The notes: generated by a model not told the origin, from the letters alone. A DNA stretch of 62,916 bases, filler included, from Hyphochytrium catenoides (GCA_900088475.1; 18 parts of 18 records of this genome joined end to end with filler, not necessarily neighbours in it), one strand, 5' to 3'. Numbered from the whole stretch's first letter, positions 50,285 to 62,016 are shown. Numbers and translations are program-made.

Positions 50285-51246
50285 TCTCTTTCTTCATTTT
50301 GGCTCATTCATTTCCTTCACCAGAACCTCCCGCCGCTGTGCGGCGGTTGGCTATCCGTTTCTTCTTTGCTTTTCCGTTCGTTTGCTGCCTGGATGGGGCA
50401 GGACAAGACCGTGGTGAGGCGACATCCTCCGCTTTTGCAGCAGTTTCTGGTCATTGCCCGTCCGTTTTAGTTTCTACGGAGTATCTTATATATCTTTCCT
50501 ATTGAATCTCCCTCATTGCTGCAGAGCAGAAGCTAGTACTATTGAAAACTCCAGAGAATGGCCTGTCTCTCTCTCGTCTCTCTCTCTCTTCTTTCTCTCT
50601 CTCTCCTCACTCTGCCGCTCACTCGCTCTTTCCCTTATCTTTTCACAGTCCCTGCATGGCAGTTGACTGTTCGTTGCATGGTTTTTTCATTCAATAGCTG
50701 GACAACACCCTCCCTTCCTGCTCCCCAAGCTAATGGGGGCGACAGTAACTACTCCTTCACGAGACACTGCCATGATCAGACCCGGGGAGAGAGAGATGGA
50801 GAAGAGAGAGAGACTAGGGAGAGAGAGAAAAGGTGAGAAGGGACAATACTGCAGGCGGTAGCAGCAGGAGCAACCAGAGAGTATAAGTAAAACTGCATAG
50901 CACGTGAACACTGACGACGACGATGACTGATTGGCTTGCACATTTGCCATACCTCCTTCTCATCCGCCAGCATCCACGTAGCAGTGGGCTCTTCTTTGTC
51001 CGTTTCTCTTCTGTGTTGTCCTGGCTTCTTTCCCTCTCGCTAACCACCTTTCTCTCTTCTCTCTTTCTCTTTTCTTCCTTTGGCCTGTCCTCCTTCTCCT
51101 TTCTCTGTTTATCTATTGCTGGTCTTGCTCGCCTTCCCCAGCAGGTCTCTCGTTCCGTGCCTATCCTCATTTATTCTCTTTTGCCCCCTTCTTCTCCTAT
51201 CTTCTTATGTTCGCTCCTCCTCTTTCTCTCTCTTTGCCTCTATGCG

Positions 51247-51296
<50 letters not shown>

Positions 51297-52671
51297 CTGA
51301 CACACTTCCTCATCTTGCTTCTAAGCCCTTGGCACCTGCCGTCGTGCTCGCCCCTCGACTGTGAAACGGACAGGCTGATAGCGGACAACAGCCCGGACAT
51401 ATCTGCTACCAGGAGGACGTCTGCAAAAGCCCATTGTTTCATCCCTCTCCTGCAAAGTTGCCGCTTTGCTTTTATCCCGATCAAACTAGGAAACAAGCTA
51501 CTGGACTCAACCAATCAATGTTTCCATAAGGAAAGATTTCTTTATGGGGTGTTGGGAAAGCCAGCTGGTGACGGTTCGGGATCGGGTTTGTCCGTTTCAA
51601 TCCAGCCGCTTCGCTAGTCGTGGGTTCAAAGATTCACTATGGAGGTAGGGGGAACACTCTCCCTATCCACATCCTCCCCCCTTTCCCTTTCCAATAGGAT
51701 GTTACATAGGGATGAACCCTTCATGAGGAACCCCCCTAGGACCAGTATTTAGGTTGCTGGGGGGAGTGGTGGTTGTCAGCAGTGATAACTAAGAAGAGTT
51801 GGTAGTAACCTCCGAGCCTGCAAGGTTGGCTTCTTCTCCTCCTCCCATTATCCTCTGCATCAGACCACTAAACAAATGTGAAACGCGAAGAGTCATGAGG
51901 ACTAGACGAGAGGGAGAAAAGTAGAGAAAGAGACAGAAGAGACATGCGGACAGAGAGAAGCGGCAGTACTGTAGGGTGAAGAAAAGCTGGGCAAGAAGGA
52001 GAGAATGGAGAGGAAAGGATTGGTCCTTGTGCAAGTTACTTAGACTATGGACCAAGTTGAACCATTTGAGAACTCGAGAAGAGAAGGAGAGAAGAAGAAT
52101 GGGGGACAGAGGAGGCAGGGAGAGAACTGGCGGAAAATTATTAGTGTGAAGCAAGGTCGTAGGGTATAAGGAGAGGGCGTAGCAGGAGAGCTCGGGGGCC
52201 GAAGGAGACAGGGCAAAGAGAGAATGAGAGGATTCGGAGNNNNNNNNNNNNNNNNNNNNNNCTAGATCTGATGACAGGAGAGAAAGATGCAACGTCTGAA
52301 AGATGAAAGAAAAAGGGGGAGAGCGAGAAGGGAGAGATGAGGGAAAGATAGCGGTGTTGGGGCTTCCTTTTCCTTCTTCCCGTCATGGTGGTCATGGGAA
52401 GAAGGTGTCTGCATATTGAACGTGATGAGGGTGGGAAGGAATGAAAGTACAGGAGAGTAGGAAGTAGCATAAGAAGAGAAGTAAGGGGAGGCAAAGACAA
52501 TGAAGAAAGTGGGAGAGAAAGAGGGAGGACCGTAGAAGAAAACGAAACGAAACGAAGAGAGAGAGAGAGAGAGAGAGTCGCACCCTTTGCTGAGTCGTCT
52601 GCTCCCGTTACAAAATCTTCTTAGTAAGCAGGCATCCTTTTGTCAAAGTCATTAACTTGCGGCAGCCCTGG

Positions 52672-52707
<36 letters not shown>

Positions 52708-53114
52708 ATTCTTCCCTCATCTCGCTCTCGCTCTTTCGCTGCCAGAAAAGGACTAGCAAGAGTGAAATATAAAGGGCAAAGGCCAAAAGACAGCAGCAGG
52801 GCGGAGCGGAGAATATTCAGCAGGCGGCTTGTACCACACAACGAGTTGCGACGACCGACTCACACAACAGAAGAAGCAAGAGTAGAAAGCGACGAGCAAA
52901 AGGCAAGCATCGAAGATAGCATAGAGCTAGCAAGGGAAGAGAGAGAAGCAAGACGAACAACGATGCCGCCGCGATCCTTTTCCTCTTCTTCTTCGTCTTG
53001 GTCGCGCGCGGCGANNNNNNNNNNNNNNNNNNNNNNNNNNNNNNNNNNNNNNNNNNNNTTAATTAATTAANNNNNNNNNNNNNNNNNNNNNNNNNNNNNN
53101 NNNNNNNNNNNNNN

Positions 53115-53667
53115 CTGCTACTAGGACTAGCTCTTCTGCTTCTGAGCAGCAACCGCAGCAGCAGGAGAAAGAAGTGGAAGACGTCGTCAACAGCTGGCTC
53201 GATGCAATACGGAAGAAAGACGCTGATGCCATAGTCTCGCACTATGTAGATGGAGTCATCTACTTTGACCTCATCCCTCCTTACCAGAGCACGGGAACGG
53301 CCTCTCTCAAGAAAGCTTGGCCATACTGCTTCCCGTGCCTACCTTCTGATACTGACATAGAACAGCGAGATCTCCACGTGACCGCTGGGCAGGACGTTGC
53401 CTTTGCGCACTGGATGTTCCGCTTCACGTCCCAGCAGGAGCAGAACAACCCAGAGTTTCTCTCGTGGCTCAGGGCGACAGCTTGCTTCAGGAAGATCAAG
53501 GGCCAGGGAAGATTGTCCATGACCATTGCTCACGGCCTATCGATCCCTTCACCTCTAAGGTTGTCATCGGCGTCACTGACGACGAGCTCTTTGCACCTGT
53601 CAAGCCACCTGTTGAAGGTGATCCCGATTCTGCTGGAGGAGGAGCAGCCTCCTCCTCGCCCATGTGA
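53115..53667 (+). pseudogene. SnoaL/NTF2-fold YybH-like (ketosteroid isomerase homolog) gene with a 1-bp frameshift
   Basis: WLDAIRKKDADAIVSHY...FDLIPPYQSTG...W..CFP...EQRDLHVTAGQDVAFAH...WLRATACFRKIKGQ continues in the other frame as KIVHDHCSRPIDP. A single T missing at ~53507 would restore GQWKIVH. Confidence 0.82.
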
Positions 53668-54610
53668 AGCTGTTGTTGTCAGTGTTATGACAAGATCAAT
53701 CGTCAGGATGGTTGCCTTGTTGTTTGCTTAACAAAGTTAATGCATGTATGTGTGAGAGAGAGAGAGAAAAAAAGAGAGAGAGAGAGAGAGATGATGCCAC
53801 TCTTCTGAATGTGATGCTCTCATTCGGAAGGGCTCTCCTTCAGCATGGGGTCCAAGGAAAGGCGGCTCCTTACATGGCAGCGCTAGACAGGCAAGCATGT
53901 AATAGAGTTAATAAAGCCCGATAATTTTTTCCGGCATTGGGCGATACGTGGCGGGTGTGGGCAGAGAGAGAAGGAGGCAGGGAGAGAGAGAGAGAGAAAG
54001 AGAGAGAGAGGGATCTGAAAAGTGGCTGCTGGGTAGACCACGTCAATTGTTCTATCGCGCGACCCTACGCTTTCCAGCAGCCGAGCGTTCTTCTGCTATC
54101 CCTTAGAAGGGCTAAGTAAGGGCTTTGTCCTTCCATCGGGTGCCGTTGTTTATGGAGTCCCAACGTTTGTTCAAGCGCCTCTCTTCTTGCTCTTGCAAAG
54201 TCTAACTGGCAACATACTGAGAACAAGGCTCCACCATTGTCTCACTTCCTCTCGTCGGGATTGAGGTTGAAGCTAGCTGGCTCCTCATACTAATGTGACT
54301 AGTCAGGCCCTTGCAGCCTATCTCCTCCGCTGCACAGCAGTAGCGTGCAAGGCGGATAACTCTGCCACTTTCCTCCTCTCTCTCGCTTTTGGCTTTGATT
54401 CTCTTCCTCGTCTCTCCTAGCTCTCTCTGCCCCCCTAGCTGCTACTGAGTGAGTGCTCCCTTGTCTCTTTGTCGGCATCAGGTGGCTAAATGACGGGGCG
54501 ACAAGGGAACNNNNNNNNNNNNNNNNNNNNNNNNNNNNNNNNNNNNNNNNNNNNTTAATTAATTAANNNNNNNNNNNNNNNNNNNNNNNNNNNNNNNNNN
54601 NNNNNNNNNN

Positions 54611-54955
54611 CGATTGTACCTGATGAGTGCCTGCTGTATTATGCTGCTACTGGGGAGAGACAGAAGACGAGGTCACCGAACGGAAGGCTGTCTATTAACC
54701 CCACTTCCACCGGGCCGCCAGCGTGCACGCTGTGAGCCAACTGTACCTGATGAGTGCCTGCTGTATAATGCTGCTACTGGGGAGAGAGAGAGGACGAGTT
54801 CACTGAACGGAAGTCTGTCTATTAACCCCACTTCCACCGGGCCGCCAGCGTACATGCTGTGACCCGATTGTACCTGATGAGTGCCTGCTGTATTATGCTG
54901 CTACTGGGGAGAGAGAGAAGACGAGGTCACCAAACGGAAGTCTGTCTATCAACCT
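54611..54955. repeat. 127-bp tandem repeat, ~2.7 copies (cut by the contig edge)
   Basis: The anchor TGTACCTGATGAGTGCCTGCTGTA recurs at 54615, 54742 and 54869. Confidence 0.95.
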
Positions 54956-55344
54956 ATATATATGAGCGGAGAGAAGTGTCCCCTTTCCCGCGTGTCGGGC
55001 AGCTCTTTGAGTGCCAAAAGCTCTGACGGCAGCTCTTGGCAAAGTGACGCAAGCACCCTAACTAAACAACCAGCAGAGGTGGAATTGTCTGTCACAGACT
55101 TGAGCTTGTTTAGAAGTAAATGATGGTTGGTTCCAGTCATTCTTCCCCATTTGCCATATCTTACGATACAGCAGACAGCCTCGTCCAGGTACTAGAAAGT
55201 AGATAGAGGAGCAGAAGTCAGCCGCTGCTACCTATGATGATATGCAGAAAGGACGGAGGAGAGACATTAGTCAGAAGCACGGAGAAAGAAGAGGCAGGCG
55301 AGGAGCCACGGTGGACAGGTAGGCGGGCAAGGCGCCACAGTGTA

Positions 55345-56075
55345 CGTGTCCAGAAGAACAGAGAAGGTAATAGCAGAGAAAACAAGTGAGCTTGTCCGTC
55401 CTCTGGTCTTAGACTGAACTTCTCTCAGACCGGTCTGTTGCGGAGCTGGTTCATTGTTACAAGATAGAACTAACTAGAGAGGGGCAGAAGAGAAAGGTAG
55501 GATATTTGCATAATATTTGCTCATCAGTCTGACTGGGCTGTAGAACAGGCAAGATAGTACGGCGTGGTAGACACCAAAGACGAGTGAGCCTGTCCGTCCG
55601 CTGGTCTCAGACTCAACAAAAAATGAATGAGCTCTTCTCTCAGACCAGTCCATTGTGGAGTTGGTACATCATAGGGGAGAACCAGAGACAGGTGGCAGAG
55701 AAACGTAGGATACATATTTACTAGTCAGACCGGCTGGGCCGTAGAACAGACAAGATAGTAGACACCAGAAAGAGACAAGTGAGCCTGTGTGTCCGCCGGC
55801 CTACCTCAACAACCAATGAACTCTCTTGACCCAGACTGGTCCGCTTTGGAGTTGGTTCTTCTCTATTATAAGGTAGACGCAGAGGGAGGCGGCAGGAGAA
55901 GGTGGGATATATTTAATTCTCAGAGTGCCTGGGTGCTAGAAGAGACCAGATAGTTAGACAGTAGTAGAGACAAGTGAGCCTGTCCGTCCTTCCCATCAGA
56001 CTCATAATAAGAACAACTCTGCTTCTCTCAGCCTGGTCCATCGAGTTGGTCCGTTATTATCATCAGGTAGGGCCC
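55345..56075. repeat. Diverged ~196-bp tandem repeat, 4 copies
   Basis: An AGTGAGCCTGTCCGTCC-like anchor has its GTGAG at 55386, 55584, 55780 and 55974. Shared blocks include TCTCAGACC, GGAG(C/T)TGGT, (A/G)GGATA and GTAGAACAG.CAAGATAGT. Confidence 0.88.
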
Positions 56076-56251
56076 GAAAGGCAGAACAAAGGGGAGGTTA
56101 TGCCCTTGGCCTTCAGGTCAAGGGTCTGAAACGCGAAATTGTGTGTGTGTNNNNNNNNNNNNNNNNNNNNNNNNNNNNNNNNNNNNNNNNNNNNTTAATT
56201 AATTAANNNNNNNNNNNNNNNNNNNNNNNNNNNNNNNNNNNNNNNNNNNNC

Positions 56252-57481
56252 CTGGTCATTTCCATCCTCATCAACGCAAGATACTACGCGCCACTACTCA
56301 AGCGCTTGCTATTGGTATTTGTGGCGTATGCGGAGAAGGCTGACGGCGGGAGCCCAAAGATCGTGCTTCAAGACGTGTCTTCAACGGATTATCTTCTCTA
56401 TCTGGCCGACGCAACAGAGCGAATCCAGTGTGAGCTCCCTGCCTCCCTCCGGGTGGTTGCTTGCATCCCTAACATCGTTTATCTTCTGGTGAGCTCCCTG
56501 GGCGTTGAATGCGTCTACTCTACCGATATGTTTGCTGTTACCTGCACTGACAAGGGCTTTGAGCGCTCGCTCTTCTCTACGATGGACTTTCGCTCTATAT
56601 TGGCGGCGGTGGGGATCGCCCTATCGATTTCCGCTTCAGGAACCTTTGGGGTCCAGTCAATGGCCTCACGACTTCGTCGGTTGCTCCATGCTCTTCTCTT
56701 GGTGGTCGGGGTCAGTTTCTCTTCTCTTGCGCTTAGTCGGTCAGACAGCAACTCCGCTCTGTTGGTCTTCCTACAGGCACAGATGCCTCTTGAACTGCTA
56801 GCCGCTATTGTCCTTATCACAGCCACTATTAAGATCCACTTTGGGACTGGGACCATGTATTCAGCTGGCAGTCAGGCCAAGGGTGCCCTATCGGACACTG
56901 TAGACGCCGGGCCGAGGCTGCAAACTGCCCGCCAATTGTTAGACTTATCCACCAGGCTTCCCCAAGTTCGTGTCGATGCACGGTGGGTGCACGAGAATGA
57001 GACAGTCCTAAGTGGGCCTCTTGTCCTCGACCTTCTAGTGAGCTGGCTGGTGAGGTGTGATGCCAAGATGCCAGCCTGTGAGCTGATCGTAATCAAGAGG
57101 GACGGCAAGCTTTCCTATCTGTATTGCAGACGGTCCCCTACAGTCACGCTGGCAGTTGGCGGTGATACTGAGAAGACCGAGAAAGACATGACGAAAGTGG
57201 CAGAACAAGGAGGTGATGGTAAGATCAAGAAGGGCGACGACGAAGAGATGATTCTTGCCACTGTGAAACCTAAGGGAAAGCTGACAAGTAAGCTGTTAGA
57301 GCTGACGGGACTGGCTGGTGCCCTCGAGACAGTTGCCATGGAAGTCCCCGTGTCTGCGCTGAAGGAAAAGACGAAAGTTCAGAGTCAGGGGAAGATGCAG
57401 AGAGCTGGAGGAGATGTTCATGTCACTATTGGGGTAGGAGAGTTCTTCTCTCTTTGCTTCAATCAGAAGCGCTTTGCTTGA
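56252..57481 (+). CDS. Hypothetical multi-pass membrane protein, >400 aa, intronless, 5' truncated
   Basis: The frame is open from the contig start to TGA at 57481 in non-repetitive sequence. Hydrophobic stretches include ILAAVGIALSISA, LLHALLLVVGVSFSSLAL and LELLAAIVLITATI. No family recognised. Confidence 0.65.
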   Translation: MVISILINARYYAPLLKRLLLVFVAYAEKADGGSPKIVLQDVSSTDYLLYLADATERIQCELPASLRVVACIPNIVYLLVSSLGVECVYSTDMFAVTCTDKGFERSLFSTMDFRSILAAVGIALSISASGTFGVQSMASRLRRLLHALLLVVGVSFSSLALSRSDSNSALLVFLQAQMPLELLAAIVLITATIKIHFGTGTMYSAGSQAKGALSDTVDAGPRLQTARQLLDLSTRLPQVRVDARWVHENETVLSGPLVLDLLVSWLVRCDAKMPACELIVIKRDGKLSYLYCRRSPTVTLAVGGDTEKTEKDMTKVAEQGGDGKIKKGDDEEMILATVKPKGKLTSKLLELTGLAGALETVAMEVPVSALKEKTKVQSQGKMQRAGGDVHVTIGVGEFFSLCFNQKRFA

Positions 57482-58257
57482 GCTCAACGGGTAGAACCCA
57501 GACTCTGACGCTTAGGTTGTCAGGTGAACCTATAGACAACGGTCAGGCAGTCTCTCTTCGTATTCACTTTGGAACTAGGTAGCGCCACAATGGCGTTGAT
57601 TCCCTTGTCTCATATGATAATCGTCTCATTATAGCAGCAATAACCGTTAGCCTTGTTGCCGTACACTCCTTGACTTGTTGCCATTCAGTCCAAGGCTTCT
57701 TCTCAGGCTCTGCTGTCCCCAATCTTATCGTGTCCCGACTTCTCTGATGCCTCGCCTCCCTGTGAGGGTGTACAGCTTTCCCTCGGTCCACCCTTAATGG
57801 TTCGCTTGCTATTCCCCTTCTTTTACAACGACCTCATCGGACGCTGTCAAACGTATTCTCTCGCAAATAGGTCACTGATGAGCTGCGTGACGAGAACTTA
57901 AAGGGTAGCCGGACAGAGAGATGGCCAGGACGTGTTCGATGGTAAGGCTCATTTGGAGATGCTCCTAAGCAAGGCAGGGGAACTGGCCTTTATACCTTTC
58001 ACCTGCTGCCTTGCTGCCAACGGGGAGAAAGACTGTCCCAAGGACTGGCTTAGCTGTGCTTCTACACTACTATGAGGAGGAAGGGCGAGGAGAGAGAGAG
58101 GAGATGAGCTGCAGATGGATAGGGAAGAAATGAGAGATTAGAAGAGGAAGATGAGAAACGAGAGAGAGAGTGTGGGAGAGCGAGAGGGCAAGGGAGACAG
58201 CGAAGAGCGAGAGCACGAGAGAGAGACAGAGGGAGAGAGAGTGAGAGAAAGAGAGAG

Positions 58258-58299
<42 letters not shown>

Positions 58300-58596
58300 C
58301 GTTTTGAAGAGCGGCCGCAGCGCAGCAGCATCACGTCCGCTTCGCACACTTTCAGACAGTAAGAATCTACGTTTTGAGGCTAGCCAGTAACCGCTTCCTA
58401 CGGTCATGGCTGCATCTCTCTCGCTCGCTTGCTCTCGCTCTCTCTCCTCTCTCTCTTTCCTTCTCTCTCTCCCTCTCCCTCTCTCTCTCTCTCTCTNNNN
58501 NNNNNNNNNNNNNNNNNNNNNNNNNNNNNNNNNNNNNNNNTTAATTAATTAANNNNNNNNNNNNNNNNNNNNNNNNNNNNNNNNNNNNNNNNNNNN

Positions 58597-58628
<32 letters not shown>

Positions 58629-59266
58629 GAGTCACACACCAGGAGAGAGGGCGCAATAGAGCAAAGAGAGAGGAGAGAGGGGCGGTGAACAGAAGAGAAG
58701 ACAGAAGACAAAGAGAGAGGATGAACAGAGGAAAAAGAGACACAAAGAGAAACAGAGAGGCGGTGATATAGGGAGAGAGAGCAGAGACAAGCAGAGGAGA
58801 GACATAGAGAGGGAGAGAGAGGAGAGGAAAGAGGAGGACAAGGAAAGGGCAGACGAGGAAAAAGAGAAGAGAGAATAGCGGATGTCTTCTCTTACGTGGT
58901 GAAGAGAGAGAGAGGATGAGAGAAGGAAGATAGCGGGAGGGGAGAGAGAGGGAGAGAGTGGACTGTGACGGTGGGGAATGCGACTAGAGAGACACCACGC
59001 GTAGAAGAGAGAAGACAAGGCGATGAGCGTTTAAGGATGCAGAGCAGAATGGAGAGAGAGAGAGAGAGAGCGAGAGTGTGAGAGAGAGACAGAATGAGGG
59101 AGGGAGAGAGAGAGAGAGAGAAGCGACGGATAAGGATGTGTTAGGGGAACAGAATCATCGGTTGTTTTCTTTTGGCATGAAGGGACACCAGTAGCCCCAG
59201 AATTTTACACCTAGCATTGACTCTTTCTTTCTCTCTCTCTCTCTCTCTCTTCTTCCGGCTGACAAG

Positions 59267-59542
59267 GTGAAGAAATGCAAGATCGAGGGGTGCGAGAGAC
59301 AAGTCCAGTCTTTAGGACTCTGCGTCACTCACGGAGGAGGAAGGAGAGAGAAAGACAAGGAAAAGAGAGGGAAAGAAGAGAGAGAGACATCTCTTGCCTC
59401 CGAGAGAGAAGAATTCCCAGAGGAAGCCCACTTACAGAAAGAGATGGAGAGGAGAGAGAGAGGTCGAAAGGGAGAAGAAGAAGATGCTCGAGGTGTAGCA
59501 GGAGTACTTTTGCAAGTGAGAGTCTCTACTGTGGAAGTGTAG
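59267..59542 (+). CDS. Exon with a C-x4-C...C-x2-H-GGG zinc finger (WRKY19-like repeat type)
   Basis: VKKCKIEGCERQVQSLGLCVTHGGGRR follows an acceptor (CAAG) preceded by a polypyrimidine tract. An RE-rich tail and a stop follow. Confidence 0.6.
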   Translation: MKKCKIEGCERQVQSLGLCVTHGGGRREKDKEKRGKEERETSLASEREEFPEEAHLQKEMERRERGRKGEEEDARGVAGVLLQVRVSTVEV

Positions 59543-59905
59543 AGTCCATCTTGCCTCTCTCTCTCTCTCTCTCTCTCTCGCATTTTCTCTCTGTCTCTCT
59601 CTCTCTCTCCCTTTACCTAGTTTTACACTTCTCTCTCTGGCCTGCAGAGGTAGACTCTCTTGTCGGTTTGAGAGGACTCCTCTTCTTCCCTTCGAGATGA
59701 GGGAAACTCTTCTCTCCCTCTCTCGGAGAAAATTAAAGAGAGAGGGAGAAGAGAGAAAGTGAGAGAGAGAGAGAAGAGAAGAGGCCGGTCCGTCATTTCC
59801 CAGCTCCACGAGTTCAAGAATCTCTTCCTCTCTCTGCTTCAAAGAGCTCTGGAACTGAGAGAGGGAAGAGACTTGCTCTCTTCTCTCTCTCTCTCTCTCT
59901 CTCCC

Positions 59906-60757
59906 CTAGGCGTCGGACGTCTTTCTCCTTGTTATCGCTTGTTCCAGCCACTGCCATCCTTCCTCCAGACCGGAACCCCTCAGAGAGCTCGAAGCAAAGA
60001 TTTTGATCTTGTTACGGGACTGGAAAAGAGAGAGAGAAAGAGAGAGAGAGAGAAAAAGAAAGAGAGAGAGAGAGAGTAAGAAACAATGCACACTTTCAGC
60101 CAGAAGAGAGAGCGATCCCACGGATGATTGGCTCATGGAAGATGGAGCTACCTCTGTCTTTCTTTACCCAGATCTCTTTCTCTCTCTCTTTTGGCCTGTT
60201 GGTCTTCTCCTCGTTATCTCTCTCTCCCTCTCTCTCTCTCTNNNNNNNNNNNNNNNNNNNNNNNNNNNNNNNNNNNNTTGACTGTTATTCTTCCCGAGTC
60301 AGAGGCATTCTCTTCCCCTTTCTCTCCCTCTCTCTCTTCTCTCTCTCTCTGCTTTGCCTGCTTAGAAGGAGAGAGAGAGGAAGACTCTTTGGAAGAGAGA
60401 GAAGAAGAAGAAGATGTCTTCTTCTGTTTCTCACTATTCGTCTCTTTCCATGAGTCCACTTTGTTTAGGAAGATGAGAACAGGAAGACGCCGTTTTCGAA
60501 TGACTACGTGCCGGAGAGAGAGAGAGAGAGACAAAAGAGAGAAAAGAGAGAGACAAAGAAGAAGAAACGTGAGGAGAAGGAAAGGAGAGAGAGCGAATAA
60601 GAAAGAGAGTAAGCAAAAAAAAAATTGTTGTCCGGAAGAGGGAGACAAAGGAAGAGAAGACACCACTCACTGAGCGAGAGAGAGAGAGATACTAGAGAGA
60701 GAGAGAGAGGAAGGGAGAGAGTATAATAGTGAAGAAAAGGTACCGACACAGAGCTCT

Positions 60758-60793
<36 letters not shown>

Positions 60794-60913
60794 CGGAGCT
60801 GTTTAGGACTCCGATGAGCTCGTCTCTCGCTGTAGCGATTCTCTGTGTGTCCGTGGCATCGATGATAAAGACAATCCCCTGGATAAAGAAAAATAATGTT
60901 AAAGTCCTCTTTT

Positions 60914-60951
<38 letters not shown>

Positions 60952-61456
60952 GCTCTCTCTGTTTCTCTTTCTCTCTTCTTATCTCTCTTCTACACTTCCT
61001 GCGATCCCTCCTTCTTCGCTCTCTTCTCTTTCTCCCTCTCTCCCTTCTTGGTTACTCTCTATCTATTATCCTCTCTTTATCTTCCCCTCTCTCTCTTTCT
61101 CTCTCTCTCTCTCCTTCTCTCTCTTTCTTTCTTTCTTTCTTTCTTCCTCTCTTCTCTCTCTCTCTCTCTCACCTCTGCTACGGTGTAAAAGTAGCTCCAG
61201 AGCTCTCTGTATCTTCCCTGGCCTGACATGTCCCAAACTTGCCAGAGAGAACCAAACTGTAGGATCTGATGGAGAGAGAAACCACAGGTGGGGAGAATCC
61301 TTCTCTCTTCTCTCTCTCTTTCTCTCTTTCCCTCTCTCTCTTCCCTGCTCTTCATAAAGTCTACCATACAACTCTTTCCTGCGCCATCCAGACCAAGAAC
61401 AAGGACTCTTCTTGTCCCTGTTGACCGGACAGAGATGTTGCTAGAGGTGTTTCCCA

Positions 61457-61457
<1 letters not shown>
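59906..61457 (-). CDS. ARL6/BBS3-like small GTPase, multi-exon
   Basis: MGNTSS (myristoylation-type start), G1 GLDGAGKS, G2 LPTCGF, G3 WDMSGQGRYRELW (DMSGQGRYR is ARL6-typical), GIVFIIDATDTQRIATARDEL, IRKRRLPVLIFLNKVD and IFASSSLRGSGLEEGWQWL. Confidence 0.85.
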
Positions 61458-61520
<63 letters not shown>

Positions 61521-62016
61521 GTCCAAGAAAGACTAATCACAGAAAGAGAGGTTCTTCTCTCCCCGTTGTGCAAGTCTTTTAATTCTCCAATTATTGGTCA
61601 AGGAGAGAAAAGATCGCAAGGCTCTTGAAAGAATGTCTCCTTCTCTCTCTCTCTCTCTTCTTTCTCTTCTTCTTCTCTTTGGCTCTCTTTCTTCCTTCCT
61701 CTCTTTCTCTGTGTGTCCCTTAGAACTCTGTGCCTTTTCTCTCTTCTTCAAGCAACAGCGATTGTGTCAACGGGGAGAAAGGGAGAAAGAAGAGGAAGAG
61801 AAGAGAGAGAATAGACAGAGAAGGGATTTAGCGATGGAGAGTTGAGACCCTGATACCGAGTGGGAAGCAGAAGAAAGATGAAGAAGAAAAAGAGAAGAGA
61901 CGACTCCATTTGGCACTTCAGGAAGAAAGGGGCACCAACAAAAATAAGAGCGCGAGAGAGAGCGCGCGAGCGAGCGAGAGCGAGAGCGAGAGCGAGCGAG
62001 AGCGAGCGAGCGAGCG

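Noticed and set aside
49571-53014. Candidate exons among microsatellites, for example 51370-51617
   Set aside because: No recognisable protein motif or consistent splicing pattern.
54615-54720. Canonical hammerhead ribozyme or C/D snoRNA in the 127-bp repeat
   Set aside because: CTGATGA is present, but there is no stem II followed by GAAA, no NUH cleavage triplet and no conserved D box. Kept only as an unexplained array.
56100-56140. Hairpin CCCTTGGCC-TTCA-GGTCAAGGG followed by GAAACGCG, reminiscent of Penelope-type hammerheads
   Set aside because: There is no CTGANGA upstream of the stem on the same strand.
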